64,000 nucleotides of DNA from an uncultured Candidatus Saccharibacteria bacterium (lineage in GTDB: Bacteria; Patescibacteriota; JABMPQ01; JAQVVF01), in assembly GCA_964574655.1 (NCBI GenBank), contig CAZNOH010000004.1, positions 66,046 through 130,045 on the forward strand. Direction: 5' to 3'. Below the pieces are notes generated by a model. That model saw nothing but the letters and a program-made list of their open reading frames with translations. It was not told the DNA's origin and searched no databases. Below, piece after piece: positions 44,885-54,547 of the stretch. Within the stretch, counting starts at the first letter, position 1. Each line of letters starts with the position of its first letter. Position numbers and translations under genes: made by a program.

Positions 44885-47800
44885 TATATATCAAGATTCT
44901 TTACACTCGTAGCATGTGTCTGAATGAATCTTTTTCTAGGCTCAACTTCATTGCCCATCAAGATATCAAAAGTCTCATCAGCCTTAGCCACGTCTTCAAC
45001 ATTAACTTTTAGCATGACTCTATTCTGAGGATCCATTGTTGTTTCCCAAAGCTGACTAGGGTTCATTTCTCCCAAACCTTTGTAGCGCTGAATATTAACA
45101 CCAGTCATTTTTTCCTCTTCAGCTACTTCATCCCCTTCTTTCAATTCCTTTATCGTAAATCCGGCTTTTTCAATTTTGCTTTTTTTTGTTTTCTTAGCAG
45201 GTAACTTTTCAATTTCTTTTAAGATTTTTACTTTTTCTTGGTCTGAATAAGCATAATTCACTTTTTTGCCTTTTTCTATTCTATACAATGGCGGTTGAGC
45301 AATATATAGATATCCTTTTTTAATTATTTCTTGATAATATCGGTAGAAGAAAGTTAATAGCAATGTTCTAATATGCGCGCCATCAACGTCAGCATCAGTC
45401 ATAATAATTATTCGATGATAACGCATTTTTTCAATTTCTTTTTCTTCACCGACTCCCATGCCCATAGCAATGATCAAAGCTTTGATTTCTTTTGAAGTCA
45501 ACATTTTGTCAATTCTGGCTCTTTCAACATTTAATATTTTACCGCGGAGAGGAAGAATGGCTTGGAAAGTTCTGTCTCGGCCTTGTTTGGCGCTATTATG
45601 TACAAAAATTCCAGAACTTAGGGCGAAATTGTGTGAATTTGGTACTTCAAAATCATAGACATCTATTTTTTTTGATATTTTTTTAATGCATTTGATCTTG
45701 TGGTTATAATTTTTTACAGCTTCGTAAAAATTTTCTTTTTTTCCTTCAAAAAAGCGTTTTACTAAAGTTGTTGCTTTCAATAAATTAGTATTTTTTTTCT
45801 CTAAAGAATTTCTTTCTTGATCATATGAATCAATACTACCGTTTTGTTCTAAGATTTTTTTAGCAAATTGCAAACTAGAATTTAGATAAGTCTGGCTATA
45901 AGCCTCTTTTCTTTTCTGGCGAAATTCTTTTGTCCATTGTTTTTTGGTTTCGTTTTTTCTCCAGCTTAAAAGCGCCTTATCAGACCATTCTGCTTCAGCT
46001 TTTTTAACTAAATGCAATTTCATTTCTGGATTATTTTCAAAATATTTTTTAGTTTTTTCTGATTGCTTCTGTCGATTTTCTTTTTTTGCCCAATATTCTT
46101 TCTGTTCTTTATCTAATCTTTGTAGAGTTTTTTTCTGATAGGCTTTGTTGCTATTATAAAATTCTAAATATTTTTCAGCCATGTATTCTTTATAATCAGA
46201 ATTTTTCCATTGTTTTTTAGCTCTTTGACTCAATAAATTTCCCATTTTTTTCATTGTTTGAGAAATTTTTTGGCGATAAGCTTGTGTTTTTTTTATTTTG
46301 TTGCATTTTTCAATCGTATCTTTTCGATGAAGAGTTGTGCTAGCAAAATCTTGATGAAGTTTTAAATGCTGATCTTTTGTCATGCGTACAATATTGTTGG
46401 GGTCGTTATTTAACTTGTTAAAATCGAAATGATGGCGATAATAATTTTCATTTTCTTCGTTATAAACATTATGTTCTAAATTATACTTATCAGCTAAACT
46501 GTGCGCAAAAATCCAGTGGTGATTTTTTGGATCAAAAATCATTTTGTAACCTTCAATAGTAATTCTACCTTTTCTTTGTGATAATTTATTTATAAAAGGC
46601 ATTAAACTCATATCAGATTTTAAATCTTGCGCTTTGATATATTTTCCATCACGCAACATAAATTTATGATCAGGAGTTGCAATTATTCCTTCATTGTTAT
46701 CTAAAATGATTTTTATAACTTGAGCATTTCTTTTAGTAATCCTCGGATTTAGAATTTTTTCAATGCCGATGCTATTGTTATTTTTGATAGTGTAGCAATA
46801 ATTTTGTTTATTTTGTTTCCATTCTTTAACTAATTCTTTTAAGCTCAAATCTCTCCCATCAGCTAAGGAAATTTTTGTATTTCCGTCAAAACATCCTCCA
46901 GCGGAGTCACCCTCGACAATATATAATTCTGATTCTTCTGGATTTTTTGATGAGCAATCAGCTAATTTTCCAGGCAGAGATAAACCATCCATAATACCTT
47001 TTCTGATGACAGTGTCTTTCGCTGCCTTAGCTGCCAATCTTGCTTTGCAAGCTAATAATGTTTTCGCCATGATTTGACGAGCATCTTGAGGGTGTTCTTC
47101 TAAAAATTGCGCAAAATATTCGGCAACAACTGAACTAACGATTGGTCTGATTTCTGAATTGCCCAATTTTGCTTTTGTTTGGCCTTCAAATTGAGGATTA
47201 GGAAGCTTTAAGGAGATAACAGCAGTTTGACCTTCACGAACATCATCGCCTGTTAAATTGTCTTCTTTTTCTTTAAGATAGCCATTTTTCCTAGCATAAT
47301 CGTTGATAACACGAGTTACGGAAGTTCTGAATCCCATTAAATGAGCCCCACCTTCTGGCGTGTAAATATTATTAGCAAAAGCCATTTCAATGCCATTGAT
47401 CTCTTGAGTATATTGCAAGGCGACTTCAACTAAAACATCGCCCTGTGCTTTTTCAACATAAAAAGGATTTTCATGAACAACTTTTTCACTGCGATTCAAA
47501 AATCTGACATAAGATAAAATTCCACCTTCAAAATAAAAAGTCAAAGCACGTGGAATTTTTGGCGCAAGTTCATGACCTGTTCTTTCATCAGATATGGAAA
47601 TTTTGACGCCTTTTGTTAAATAGGCTTGCTGACGCAAATGAGTAATGATTGTCTTCCAATCAAATTCTATTTTTGGAAAAATCTCTGGATCTGGCTCAAA
47701 AATAACCGAAGTGCCAGTGCCCTTAGCTTTTTTTTCTTTTATTACTTTTGTCGAAGTCTTGCCTCTTTTATATTCTTGGCTCCATAAGTAGCCATCTCTT

Positions 47801-48243
47801 TTCACTTCAACGCGAACGAGTATTGATAGAGCATTTACAACTGACACACCAACGCCATGCAAACCACCAGAAACTTTATATCCGCCATCGCCGAATTTTC
47901 CGCCTGCATGCAAAATTGTCATGACAGTCTCTAATGTCGATTTTTTAGTAGCTTTGTGAGTTTCTACCGGAATACCACGACCATCATCTGTAATTGTGAC
48001 TTTAGTGCCTTTATGCAAGGTAACATGAATATTTTTGCAATAGCCAGCCATTGCTTCATCAATAGAGTTGTCAACAACTTCCCAAATTAGATGATGAAGT
48101 CCTTCAATACTAGTACCGCCAATATACATGCCAGGACGTTTCCGAACTGGCTCAAGGCCTTTTAAAACTGTAATAGAAGAGGCTCCATATGACTCTGATG
48201 GGTTTTTTGAAATGTTCTTTTTATCTTTTTTCTTGATAGCCAT
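44884..48243 (-). CDS. gyrB: DNA gyrase subunit B containing an intein
   Basis: ATPase domain (GLHHLIWEVVDNSIDEA) and TOPRIM with ...LYIVEGDSAGG|C...VHN|SAKQGRDR... Confidence 0.9.
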   Translation of the reverse strand: MAIKKKDKKNISKNPSESYGASSITVLKGLEPVRKRPGMYIGGTSIEGLHHLIWEVVDNSIDEAMAGYCKNIHVTLHKGTKVTITDDGRGIPVETHKATKKSTLETVMTILHAGGKFGDGGYKVSGGLHGVGVSVVNALSILVRVEVKRDGYLWSQEYKRGKTSTKVIKEKKAKGTGTSVIFEPDPEIFPKIEFDWKTIITHLRQQAYLTKGVKISISDERTGHELAPKIPRALTFYFEGGILSYVRFLNRSEKVVHENPFYVEKAQGDVLVEVALQYTQEINGIEMAFANNIYTPEGGAHLMGFRTSVTRVINDYARKNGYLKEKEDNLTGDDVREGQTAVISLKLPNPQFEGQTKAKLGNSEIRPIVSSVVAEYFAQFLEEHPQDARQIMAKTLLACKARLAAKAAKDTVIRKGIMDGLSLPGKLADCSSKNPEESELYIVEGDSAGGCFDGNTKISLADGRDLSLKELVKEWKQNKQNYCYTIKNNNSIGIEKILNPRITKRNAQVIKIILDNNEGIIATPDHKFMLRDGKYIKAQDLKSDMSLMPFINKLSQRKGRITIEGYKMIFDPKNHHWIFAHSLADKYNLEHNVYNEENENYYRHHFDFNKLNNDPNNIVRMTKDQHLKLHQDFASTTLHRKDTIEKCNKIKKTQAYRQKISQTMKKMGNLLSQRAKKQWKNSDYKEYMAEKYLEFYNSNKAYQKKTLQRLDKEQKEYWAKKENRQKQSEKTKKYFENNPEMKLHLVKKAEAEWSDKALLSWRKNETKKQWTKEFRQKRKEAYSQTYLNSSLQFAKKILEQNGSIDSYDQERNSLEKKNTNLLKATTLVKRFFEGKKENFYEAVKNYNHKIKCIKKISKKIDVYDFEVPNSHNFALSSGIFVHNSAKQGRDRTFQAILPLRGKILNVERARIDKMLTSKEIKALIIAMGMGVGEEKEIEKMRYHRIIIMTDADVDGAHIRTLLLTFFYRYYQEIIKKGYLYIAQPPLYRIEKGKKVNYAYSDQEKVKILKEIEKLPAKKTKKSKIEKAGFTIKELKEGDEVAEEEKMTGVNIQRYKGLGEMNPSQLWETTMDPQNRVMLKVNVEDVAKADETFDILMGNEVEPRKRFIQTHATSVKNLDI
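45595..46893 (-). mobile_element. intein (about 433 aa) in GyrB with an HNH-like endonuclease region and a K/E-rich insert
   Basis: Inserted after EGDSAGG; Cys1 (CFDGNTKISLADG), block B, a terminal HN followed by +1 Ser; central H..H..N...H-rich segment. Confidence 0.8.
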
Positions 48244-48249
48244 AAATTT

Positions 48250-48293
48250 AATCCGCCATCGCTCTTCGCATGCTCAAAGCTTCGGCGGACAAG
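48250..48293 (-). repeat. family-A element (copy f), 6 nt upstream of the gyrB start
   Basis: Minus strand reads cttgtccgccgaagctttgagcatgcgaagagcgatggcggatt followed by aaatttATG. Confidence 0.65.
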
Positions 48294-48488
48294 AAGTTAA
48301 TTTATAATTAAAAGTCTATATTTTTCAAAAACAAAATAAAATTATACTCTGATTTGTATATATCAGTGCAAAAATAAGTGTTTTCTAAACAATATAATTA
48401 TAGCAAATATATTGCTTTTAGCAAGGTTGATTTTGGGGATATTTATTATTATCTTTTGGCTTGTTAAAGCAAAATTATCAAATATTGA

Positions 48489-48517
48489 TTGACAAAATAA
48501 AAAAGATATGCTAATAT
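48489..48517 (+). promoter_or_regulatory. sigma70-type promoter (TTGACA, 17-bp spacer, TAATAT)
   Basis: Perfect -35 at 48489-48494, 17-bp spacer, -10 at 48512-48517; about 55 nt upstream of the gene start. Confidence 0.6.
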
Positions 48518-48572
48518 ACCTTGAACCTGTGCAAGGAAGCACCTTGAATTTTTGACTCCAAAGGAGGACACA

Positions 48573-49901
48573 ATGCATAAGCTACTGAAGGACTTGTTTT
48601 ATTTTCTGCATTTGGATTATATTCTTTTTGTCGGGCATCAGTTGCCTGACCGCGATGTGGCAAGTGCTGAGTATGTGTTTTGTGAGGCTTTCGGCTTGAG
48701 ATGGAAGGATGCAAGAATTCGTCTGCTTTTCGTCAAGAATGGCGAGGAATATGAACAGAATGGATTTTTCCATACCGACTTGGATAGATGGATTCCATTT
48801 TTGGATGATGCTGACAAAGACGCTGATGGAAATGAAAGCAAGGAAAATACAGTGCAAGATGGCGTCAAGCGTTCTCGCTTGATGATTATCCATTTTGATA
48901 CTGGTCGGAAGTTTGATCCTTGGACTGCTGAAAAGTTCAAGGCTGGGCAGCGAGTTTTCTTTTACGATCATCATGGGGATGTTGACCAGGGATATTCAGC
49001 AACGGGAGTTGTCTTTCTTACTCATGAAGATCGGCTTTTGGAAAGTCCAAAGTATGAGCATCTCAGGGTCATGACCACATTCATCAATGCCAAGGATTAT
49101 GGCAAAGAGTTTGATGGCAAAAATGAATATGAGATGCGAAATCTCTATGGTTTGGCGGATCTGCTCCGAGGCTTGAACTACTGCCAGACTGGTGAGCGGA
49201 CCAAGAAAGACGATGCGTATTTTGCAGATTCGGTAATCGCAGCGTTCTATAGCTTGGATGCATATATGTCGGTTCGACTGATGTTTGGTCGGAACTTCAA
49301 TGAAGCCAAGAAGGGTACGTACAAGACGCTCTTCGGAGTTCGTCTGTACTACCACGACTTCAGCGATTCCTGCGTCAATGGCCAGACAGCAAGAATTTTC
49401 TTTGGCAAACCGCCTTACCTCGATGGTAAGCAGCCTGTGGATTGTATCATCACAAAGCATCGCGAGCGAATCCAGTTTGTGATCTACGATGATGACTACA
49501 AGACGCCTGAACATCTGGACACTACTGAGATTCAGCGAAGATTGCAGGAATACTATCCAGAGCTGGAAGATTCCGCAATCTATAATGATAACAGAGATTT
49601 CTGTCTTTATATCACTTCGAATGAAGTTGACTTGGATGTTCTGATCATGATTGTTGAATATCTGATTGAAGAACGCAAAGACAAGTTTGTCGGCCAAATG
49701 CTTGATGATCAGCAGGAAATGCGAGAAACAGTCGAAAGAATTGCTTCTATGCATAATCCTGTTGAACAAGGCTACCATTGGGTAAACTATTATCACACAA
49801 TCCAAAATCAGCAGAAGCAGAGGCTGGCGATGAGTATGTTCTGCCAGGCAATGTCAGATCGAGGCGAGGAGGAAACTTCTTCGCAAATTTTGGAACGATG
49901 A
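48573..49901 (+). CDS. DHH-family phosphoesterase (divergent)
   Basis: Motifs FVGHQLPDRDVAS, IIHFDTGR and FYDHHGD; G+C clearly above the local background; TGA stop. Confidence 0.55.
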   Translation: MHKLLKDLFYFLHLDYILFVGHQLPDRDVASAEYVFCEAFGLRWKDARIRLLFVKNGEEYEQNGFFHTDLDRWIPFLDDADKDADGNESKENTVQDGVKRSRLMIIHFDTGRKFDPWTAEKFKAGQRVFFYDHHGDVDQGYSATGVVFLTHEDRLLESPKYEHLRVMTTFINAKDYGKEFDGKNEYEMRNLYGLADLLRGLNYCQTGERTKKDDAYFADSVIAAFYSLDAYMSVRLMFGRNFNEAKKGTYKTLFGVRLYYHDFSDSCVNGQTARIFFGKPPYLDGKQPVDCIITKHRERIQFVIYDDDYKTPEHLDTTEIQRRLQEYYPELEDSAIYNDNRDFCLYITSNEVDLDVLIMIVEYLIEERKDKFVGQMLDDQQEMRETVERIASMHNPVEQGYHWVNYYHTIQNQQKQRLAMSMFCQAMSDRGEEETSSQILER

Positions 49902-49907
49902 TCTTTT

Positions 49908-49935
49908 GACCGATTAACCCTCGGTCTTTTTTTTT
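49908..49935 (+). terminator. rho-independent terminator
   Basis: gaccg...cggtc stem followed by a 9-T run. Confidence 0.7.
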
Positions 49936-49938
49936 GCC

Positions 49939-50043
49939 TCACACTAATATGACACCAATAACACTAATTTAAACTAATAAAAGAGAGCTTAACTCTCTTT
50001 TATAATTAGTGCTAATTAGTGCAATTAGTGATTAATTAGTGTG
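49939..50043. repeat. inverted array of ACTAAT/ATTAGT repeats around a central perfect hairpin
   Basis: Three (C/A)ACTAAT copies, the hairpin aaagagag-ctta-actctcttt, then four AATTAGTG copies. Confidence 0.65.
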
Positions 50044-52369
50044 ATCTTATCTTAGCATTAAATATCCTACTGATATGGCTAACTATTTTTTGCTGAATTG
50101 CTTGGACTTCTTGATCTTGCAAAGTTTTGTTGGGATCTTGATAAGTCAAATGATATGCTAAATTTCTTTCATTTGGCAGTAATGGCTTGCCAGTATAAAC
50201 ATCAAATAATTTTGCTTTTATTAATAATGGCTGGCCGATCTTTAAAATTTCTCGCTCCAATGTTGCTGCTGGAATTGTTTTATCTAAAACAAAAGCTAAA
50301 TCTAAAGTTACGGCTGGAAATTTTGGTATCTGCTGGAATTTCTTTTCTTTCTTTGAGGCGTTAACTAATTCATCAACATCTAGTTCAAAGAAAACAACTT
50401 TAATTTTCTTAATTCCCATTTGATCAAGATTGCTTTGATTAATTAATCCCATTTGGCCAATTATTTTTGAGCCTTGTCTTATTTCGATTGATTTGCCAGT
50501 TGCTAAATATTTTGGAGTTTCTTCTAATTGAACAAATTGACAGGCAACATTTAATTTAATTAACAAGCCTTCTAAAATGCCTTTAAGATTATAGAATATC
50601 TTTTCTTTTTTACCGCAAATTATTCCTGATAAATATTTTTTTTCAAAATCTTGATAGACATGGCCAATTTCAAATATCTTGATACTCTCAAATCTTTTGG
50701 AATTTAGGCGAACATTGTCTAAAAGACCTGGCAAAAGTGAAGTCCTCAAATATTGCAAATCTTCTGATTGCGGATTTAAGACTTTGATATTTTCTGTGAA
50801 ATTAAATCCAGATTTCTGTAATAAATTTTGCGAAACAAAAGAATAATTATAACTTTCGGAAAAACCAAAACCAGCTAAAATATCACGAGCTGAATTCCCT
50901 AATTTTAAGTCCGCTAAATTTGAGACTGGCTCTAATTTTTGAATTAATGCTTGGGGCTTGATATTGTCATAGCCGTAAATTCTGGCGATTTCTTCAAAAA
51001 GGTCTTCTTGATAATGAATATCCATTCTGAAATATGAAACTTCGACAACTAAATTTTTTGATCCTGTAATCTTGAATTCTAAAGATTTTAGAATTGATTT
51101 AATTTTTGTTAAGGCAATTTTTTCTCCTAAAAATTCTTCTGCTTTTTTAGGATCAAATTTAATTTTGATTGCTTTGTGCTTTGAAGAATACACATCGCTA
51201 ACTGAACTTGCAACTTTTGCTTTGCAAATTTCTTGGAATAATTGGACAGTGCGTTGCAAAGCATAATTTGTCAATTCAGGCGCGATGTTTTTTTCATAGC
51301 GAGTGGCAGCTTCAGATTTTAAGCCTAATTTTCTAGCAGTTTGCCTGATAGAATATGCGTAAAAATTGGCTGATTCTAAAATTATTGATTTGGTATTTTT
51401 GGAAACTTCAGAATTAAATCCACCCATAACGCCGGCAACGGCAACAGGCTTTTTACTATCAGTGATAACTAGCATTTTTGGATCTAGCTGTCTAATTTTG
51501 CCGTCAATTGTTTTTAAGTTCTCACCTTTCTTAGCTTTGCGAACTATAATTTTATCGCCAACTTTCTCTGCATCAAAAGCATGTAAAGGCTGGCCGAATT
51601 CCAACATTACATAATTTGTTATATCAACAACATTGTTAATTGGTCTCATGCCAGCAGAATTCAATCTTGCCTGCAACCATAATGGAGATTCTTCAATTTT
51701 TATATTATCCAATTTTACTGCCATATATCTTGGACAAAGTTTTTTGTCTTTGACTTCAACTGAAATTTTCTTGGCAGTCTTTTTTATTTTTGGAAGTTTT
51801 GGCAAAGATAATTTTTTATTTTCTTTCGCTGCGATTTCTCTAGCAATGCCAATATGACAAAATAGATCAGACCGATGAGTCAAAGATTTATTATCAATAT
51901 TAAAAATGACATCGTCTAAATTCAGGTACTTACTAAATTCTTCACCAACTTTTGCACCTTTGTCTAAAACCATGATACCTTCTGATTTTTTGGCCAAATC
52001 TAATTCTTCTTCAGAACAAATCATGCCAAAAGATTTTTCGCCTCTAATTGCAACTGGCTTAATTACTAAGCCATTTGGTAACTTTGTGCCAATGATTGCA
52101 ACTGGAACTTTCTGATTAACCGCTAAATTTGAAGCACCGCAAACAATGTCTAAAATTTCTTTGCCGACATTTACTTTAGCTAAATTCAAACGATCAGCAT
52201 TTGGATGCTTCTTTTTTTCGATAACTTGACCAATAATTATACCGTCAAACTTTTGAGCTAAATCTTCTACGCCTTCGACTTCAGCAATAGACATAGTTAA
52301 ATTTTCAGCAGTTGCCTGCGGATTGGAAATTTTAACATAATCTTTTAGCCAATTGACAGATATTTTCAT
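50036..52369 (-). CDS. pheT: phenylalanyl-tRNA synthetase beta subunit
   Basis: 777 aa; N-terminal tRNA-binding domain, B3/4 and B5 domains in the expected order. Confidence 0.9.
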   Translation of the reverse strand: MKISVNWLKDYVKISNPQATAENLTMSIAEVEGVEDLAQKFDGIIIGQVIEKKKHPNADRLNLAKVNVGKEILDIVCGASNLAVNQKVPVAIIGTKLPNGLVIKPVAIRGEKSFGMICSEEELDLAKKSEGIMVLDKGAKVGEEFSKYLNLDDVIFNIDNKSLTHRSDLFCHIGIAREIAAKENKKLSLPKLPKIKKTAKKISVEVKDKKLCPRYMAVKLDNIKIEESPLWLQARLNSAGMRPINNVVDITNYVMLEFGQPLHAFDAEKVGDKIIVRKAKKGENLKTIDGKIRQLDPKMLVITDSKKPVAVAGVMGGFNSEVSKNTKSIILESANFYAYSIRQTARKLGLKSEAATRYEKNIAPELTNYALQRTVQLFQEICKAKVASSVSDVYSSKHKAIKIKFDPKKAEEFLGEKIALTKIKSILKSLEFKITGSKNLVVEVSYFRMDIHYQEDLFEEIARIYGYDNIKPQALIQKLEPVSNLADLKLGNSARDILAGFGFSESYNYSFVSQNLLQKSGFNFTENIKVLNPQSEDLQYLRTSLLPGLLDNVRLNSKRFESIKIFEIGHVYQDFEKKYLSGIICGKKEKIFYNLKGILEGLLIKLNVACQFVQLEETPKYLATGKSIEIRQGSKIIGQMGLINQSNLDQMGIKKIKVVFFELDVDELVNASKKEKKFQQIPKFPAVTLDLAFVLDKTIPAATLEREILKIGQPLLIKAKLFDVYTGKPLLPNERNLAYHLTYQDPNKTLQDQEVQAIQQKIVSHISRIFNAKIRSH

Positions 52370-52371
52370 AA

Positions 52372-53409
52372 TTAGAATTGATTAATAAATCTTAAATCGC
52401 CAGACATGAATAATCTGATGTCAGTAATTCCATATTTCATCATGGCGAGTCTTGTTAAACCCATGCCAAAAGCAAAGCCTGTATATTTATTTTTTTCGTA
52501 ACCTGCAGATTTAAAAACATTTTGCTGAATCATGCCACAAGGAATTAATTCTACCCAACCAGTTTGCTTGCAAACAGGGCAGCCAGAACCACCACAAATC
52601 ATACATTCAAAATCTAATTCAAAGCCTGGCTCAACAAATGGGAAATAGCCTGGTCTAAGTCTAACTTTAACTTCATTTTTTTTGAAATAGGCTTTCAAAA
52701 ATTCTTTTAAAGTATAAATTAAATTGGCAACAGAAATTTTTTCATCAACAATGAATCCTTCACATTGGTAAAAAGTATGTTCGTGAGAAGCATCAGTTGA
52801 TTCATTTCGAAAACAGCGTCCTGGAACAATGACACGCAATGGCGGTTTTTTATTTTCCATTATCTTTACTTGCATGTTTGAAGTATGCGCGCGCATAACT
52901 CTTTTGTTTTCTAATTTAGTATCTTTTTCTTTATTTTCAATAAAAAAAGTATCATAGCTATCCATGGCTGGATGGTCTTTTGGAAAATTCAAGGCAAGAA
53001 AATTATAATGCAAATCAGTAAGTTCATTTCCTTCATGAACTTGAAAGCCCATTGATTTAAAAATTTCTTCAACTTCGCGAGAGACTAAAGTAATTGGATG
53101 AAGATGACCAATCTCTGGTCTAATGCCAGGTAATGTTATATCAAAAAATTCATTGGTTTGAGAGCTCTTAGATTTTAAGACGCTAATTTTGTTATTCAAA
53201 GCCAGATTGATTTCATGCTTAACTTGATTGGCTTGAGAACCTAATGTCTTTCTTTGTTCAACGTTAAGAGTTGGCAAAGTCTGAATTATTTTTGTTAATA
53301 AGCCAGATTTTCGGCCTAAAAATTTAATTCTAATTTGTTCAACAATGCTTGTTGAATTAGCATTATTGATTTCTGATAGAGCTTGCTGTTTTAATTCAGT
53401 TAAGTTCAT
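52372..53409 (-). CDS. pheS: phenylalanyl-tRNA synthetase alpha subunit
   Basis: Class II motifs (FPFVEPGFELD...GFAFGMGLTRLAM). Confidence 0.9.
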   Translation of the reverse strand: MNLTELKQQALSEINNANSTSIVEQIRIKFLGRKSGLLTKIIQTLPTLNVEQRKTLGSQANQVKHEINLALNNKISVLKSKSSQTNEFFDITLPGIRPEIGHLHPITLVSREVEEIFKSMGFQVHEGNELTDLHYNFLALNFPKDHPAMDSYDTFFIENKEKDTKLENKRVMRAHTSNMQVKIMENKKPPLRVIVPGRCFRNESTDASHEHTFYQCEGFIVDEKISVANLIYTLKEFLKAYFKKNEVKVRLRPGYFPFVEPGFELDFECMICGGSGCPVCKQTGWVELIPCGMIQQNVFKSAGYEKNKYTGFAFGMGLTRLAMMKYGITDIRLFMSGDLRFINQF

Positions 53410-53436
53410 AAATTTGAAGATATTACGGATATTACT

Positions 53437-54063
53437 TTATTTTACAAAATCAAAAAAATCTTTTGAATTAATTGTCCTTCCGAACATAGTGGGCCAAGTG
53501 TATTCTTTCAATAATTTTTGTAATTTTTGTCGAATTACAACATCAGTTGTTTCTATTAAATCTTTTAGAATTATAAAATTATATCCTAAAGAAAAACCTC
53601 CTTGGATTGTTGACCACACACATCCATCACCAAAAATACCTGCAATAGCAACATTTTTTATCTTTTTCTCTTTCAAAAATTTATCCAATTTCGGATTTGT
53701 AAATGCATCATAGTTATTTTTTGTAACGATAAAGTCGTTTTTTTGTGGTTCTAATTCAAATAATTTCTCGCTAAAATCAGATTTATCAGAAGAATAATAT
53801 CTGCATTTTGGATCTTTATATAATTCCACAATATTCTTAGGCAGGAATTCTTTTTTCCATGGAGTACAATTAACAAAAATTACCTGGCCTCCGGCATTCC
53901 TATATTGCGAGATGAACTTTTTTAAAGTAGGAATCATTTTCCTAATCTTGTTGAAAGAAACGTCCCATTTTTTTATCTCACATTTTGGATGACAACAGAA
54001 ATTAGTAATATCAACTACTATTAATGCGACTTCTTTAATTTTAGATTCCATTATTTTAGACAT
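53437..54063 (-). CDS. isochorismatase-family cysteine hydrolase
   Basis: ALIVVDITN...; the VAIAGIFGDGCVWST block is typical of the family. Confidence 0.5.
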   Translation of the reverse strand: MSKIMESKIKEVALIVVDITNFCCHPKCEIKKWDVSFNKIRKMIPTLKKFISQYRNAGGQVIFVNCTPWKKEFLPKNIVELYKDPKCRYYSSDKSDFSEKLFELEPQKNDFIVTKNNYDAFTNPKLDKFLKEKKIKNVAIAGIFGDGCVWSTIQGGFSLGYNFIILKDLIETTDVVIRQKLQKLLKEYTWPTMFGRTINSKDFFDFVK

Positions 54064-54112
54064 GTTTCTAAATAATATCCTTAAAATTTGGCTAATATTC
54101 TCAAGTAAATTT

Positions 54113-54481
54113 TTAGCGCGAAATAAAGTAGAATTCTATTAACACAATACTTATGACGAATAACGATCCATCCCACCAAGTTAATAGTCTGAAAGCTTGC
54201 AAAACTAGTGAGCCAACTAAAATTATTGATAATAATATAGCTTGACGGAAAGATGGATTGACATGAGCAAATAAAATTTCGTTTTTGGAAAACCAAACAC
54301 GCAAATAAAAGCCAGCAATAGTCAAAGTTCCGATACTTGCGAAAAATAAGCTGATATAAAAAGCAATTAAGCCTAAAGCACCAGAATTGTAAGGATTAAC
54401 ATAATATAGAATTAGACCAAAAGCAAGCCAACAGACAATTGTGGATAAAAACATGCCCAGTAAATATGAACGAAGAGTCAT
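54113..54481 (-). CDS. hypothetical 4-TM membrane protein
   Basis: Start taken at MTLRSY; four hydrophobic helices. Confidence 0.4.
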   Translation of the reverse strand: MTLRSYLLGMFLSTIVCWLAFGLILYYVNPYNSGALGLIAFYISLFFASIGTLTIAGFYLRVWFSKNEILFAHVNPSFRQAILLSIILVGSLVLQAFRLLTWWDGSLFVISIVLIEFYFISR

Positions 54482-54547
54482 AATTAATAATATTGAATAT
54501 TTCTTGTCTTTAATTATGATTATACACAAAACAGAAGACTTTGTCTA

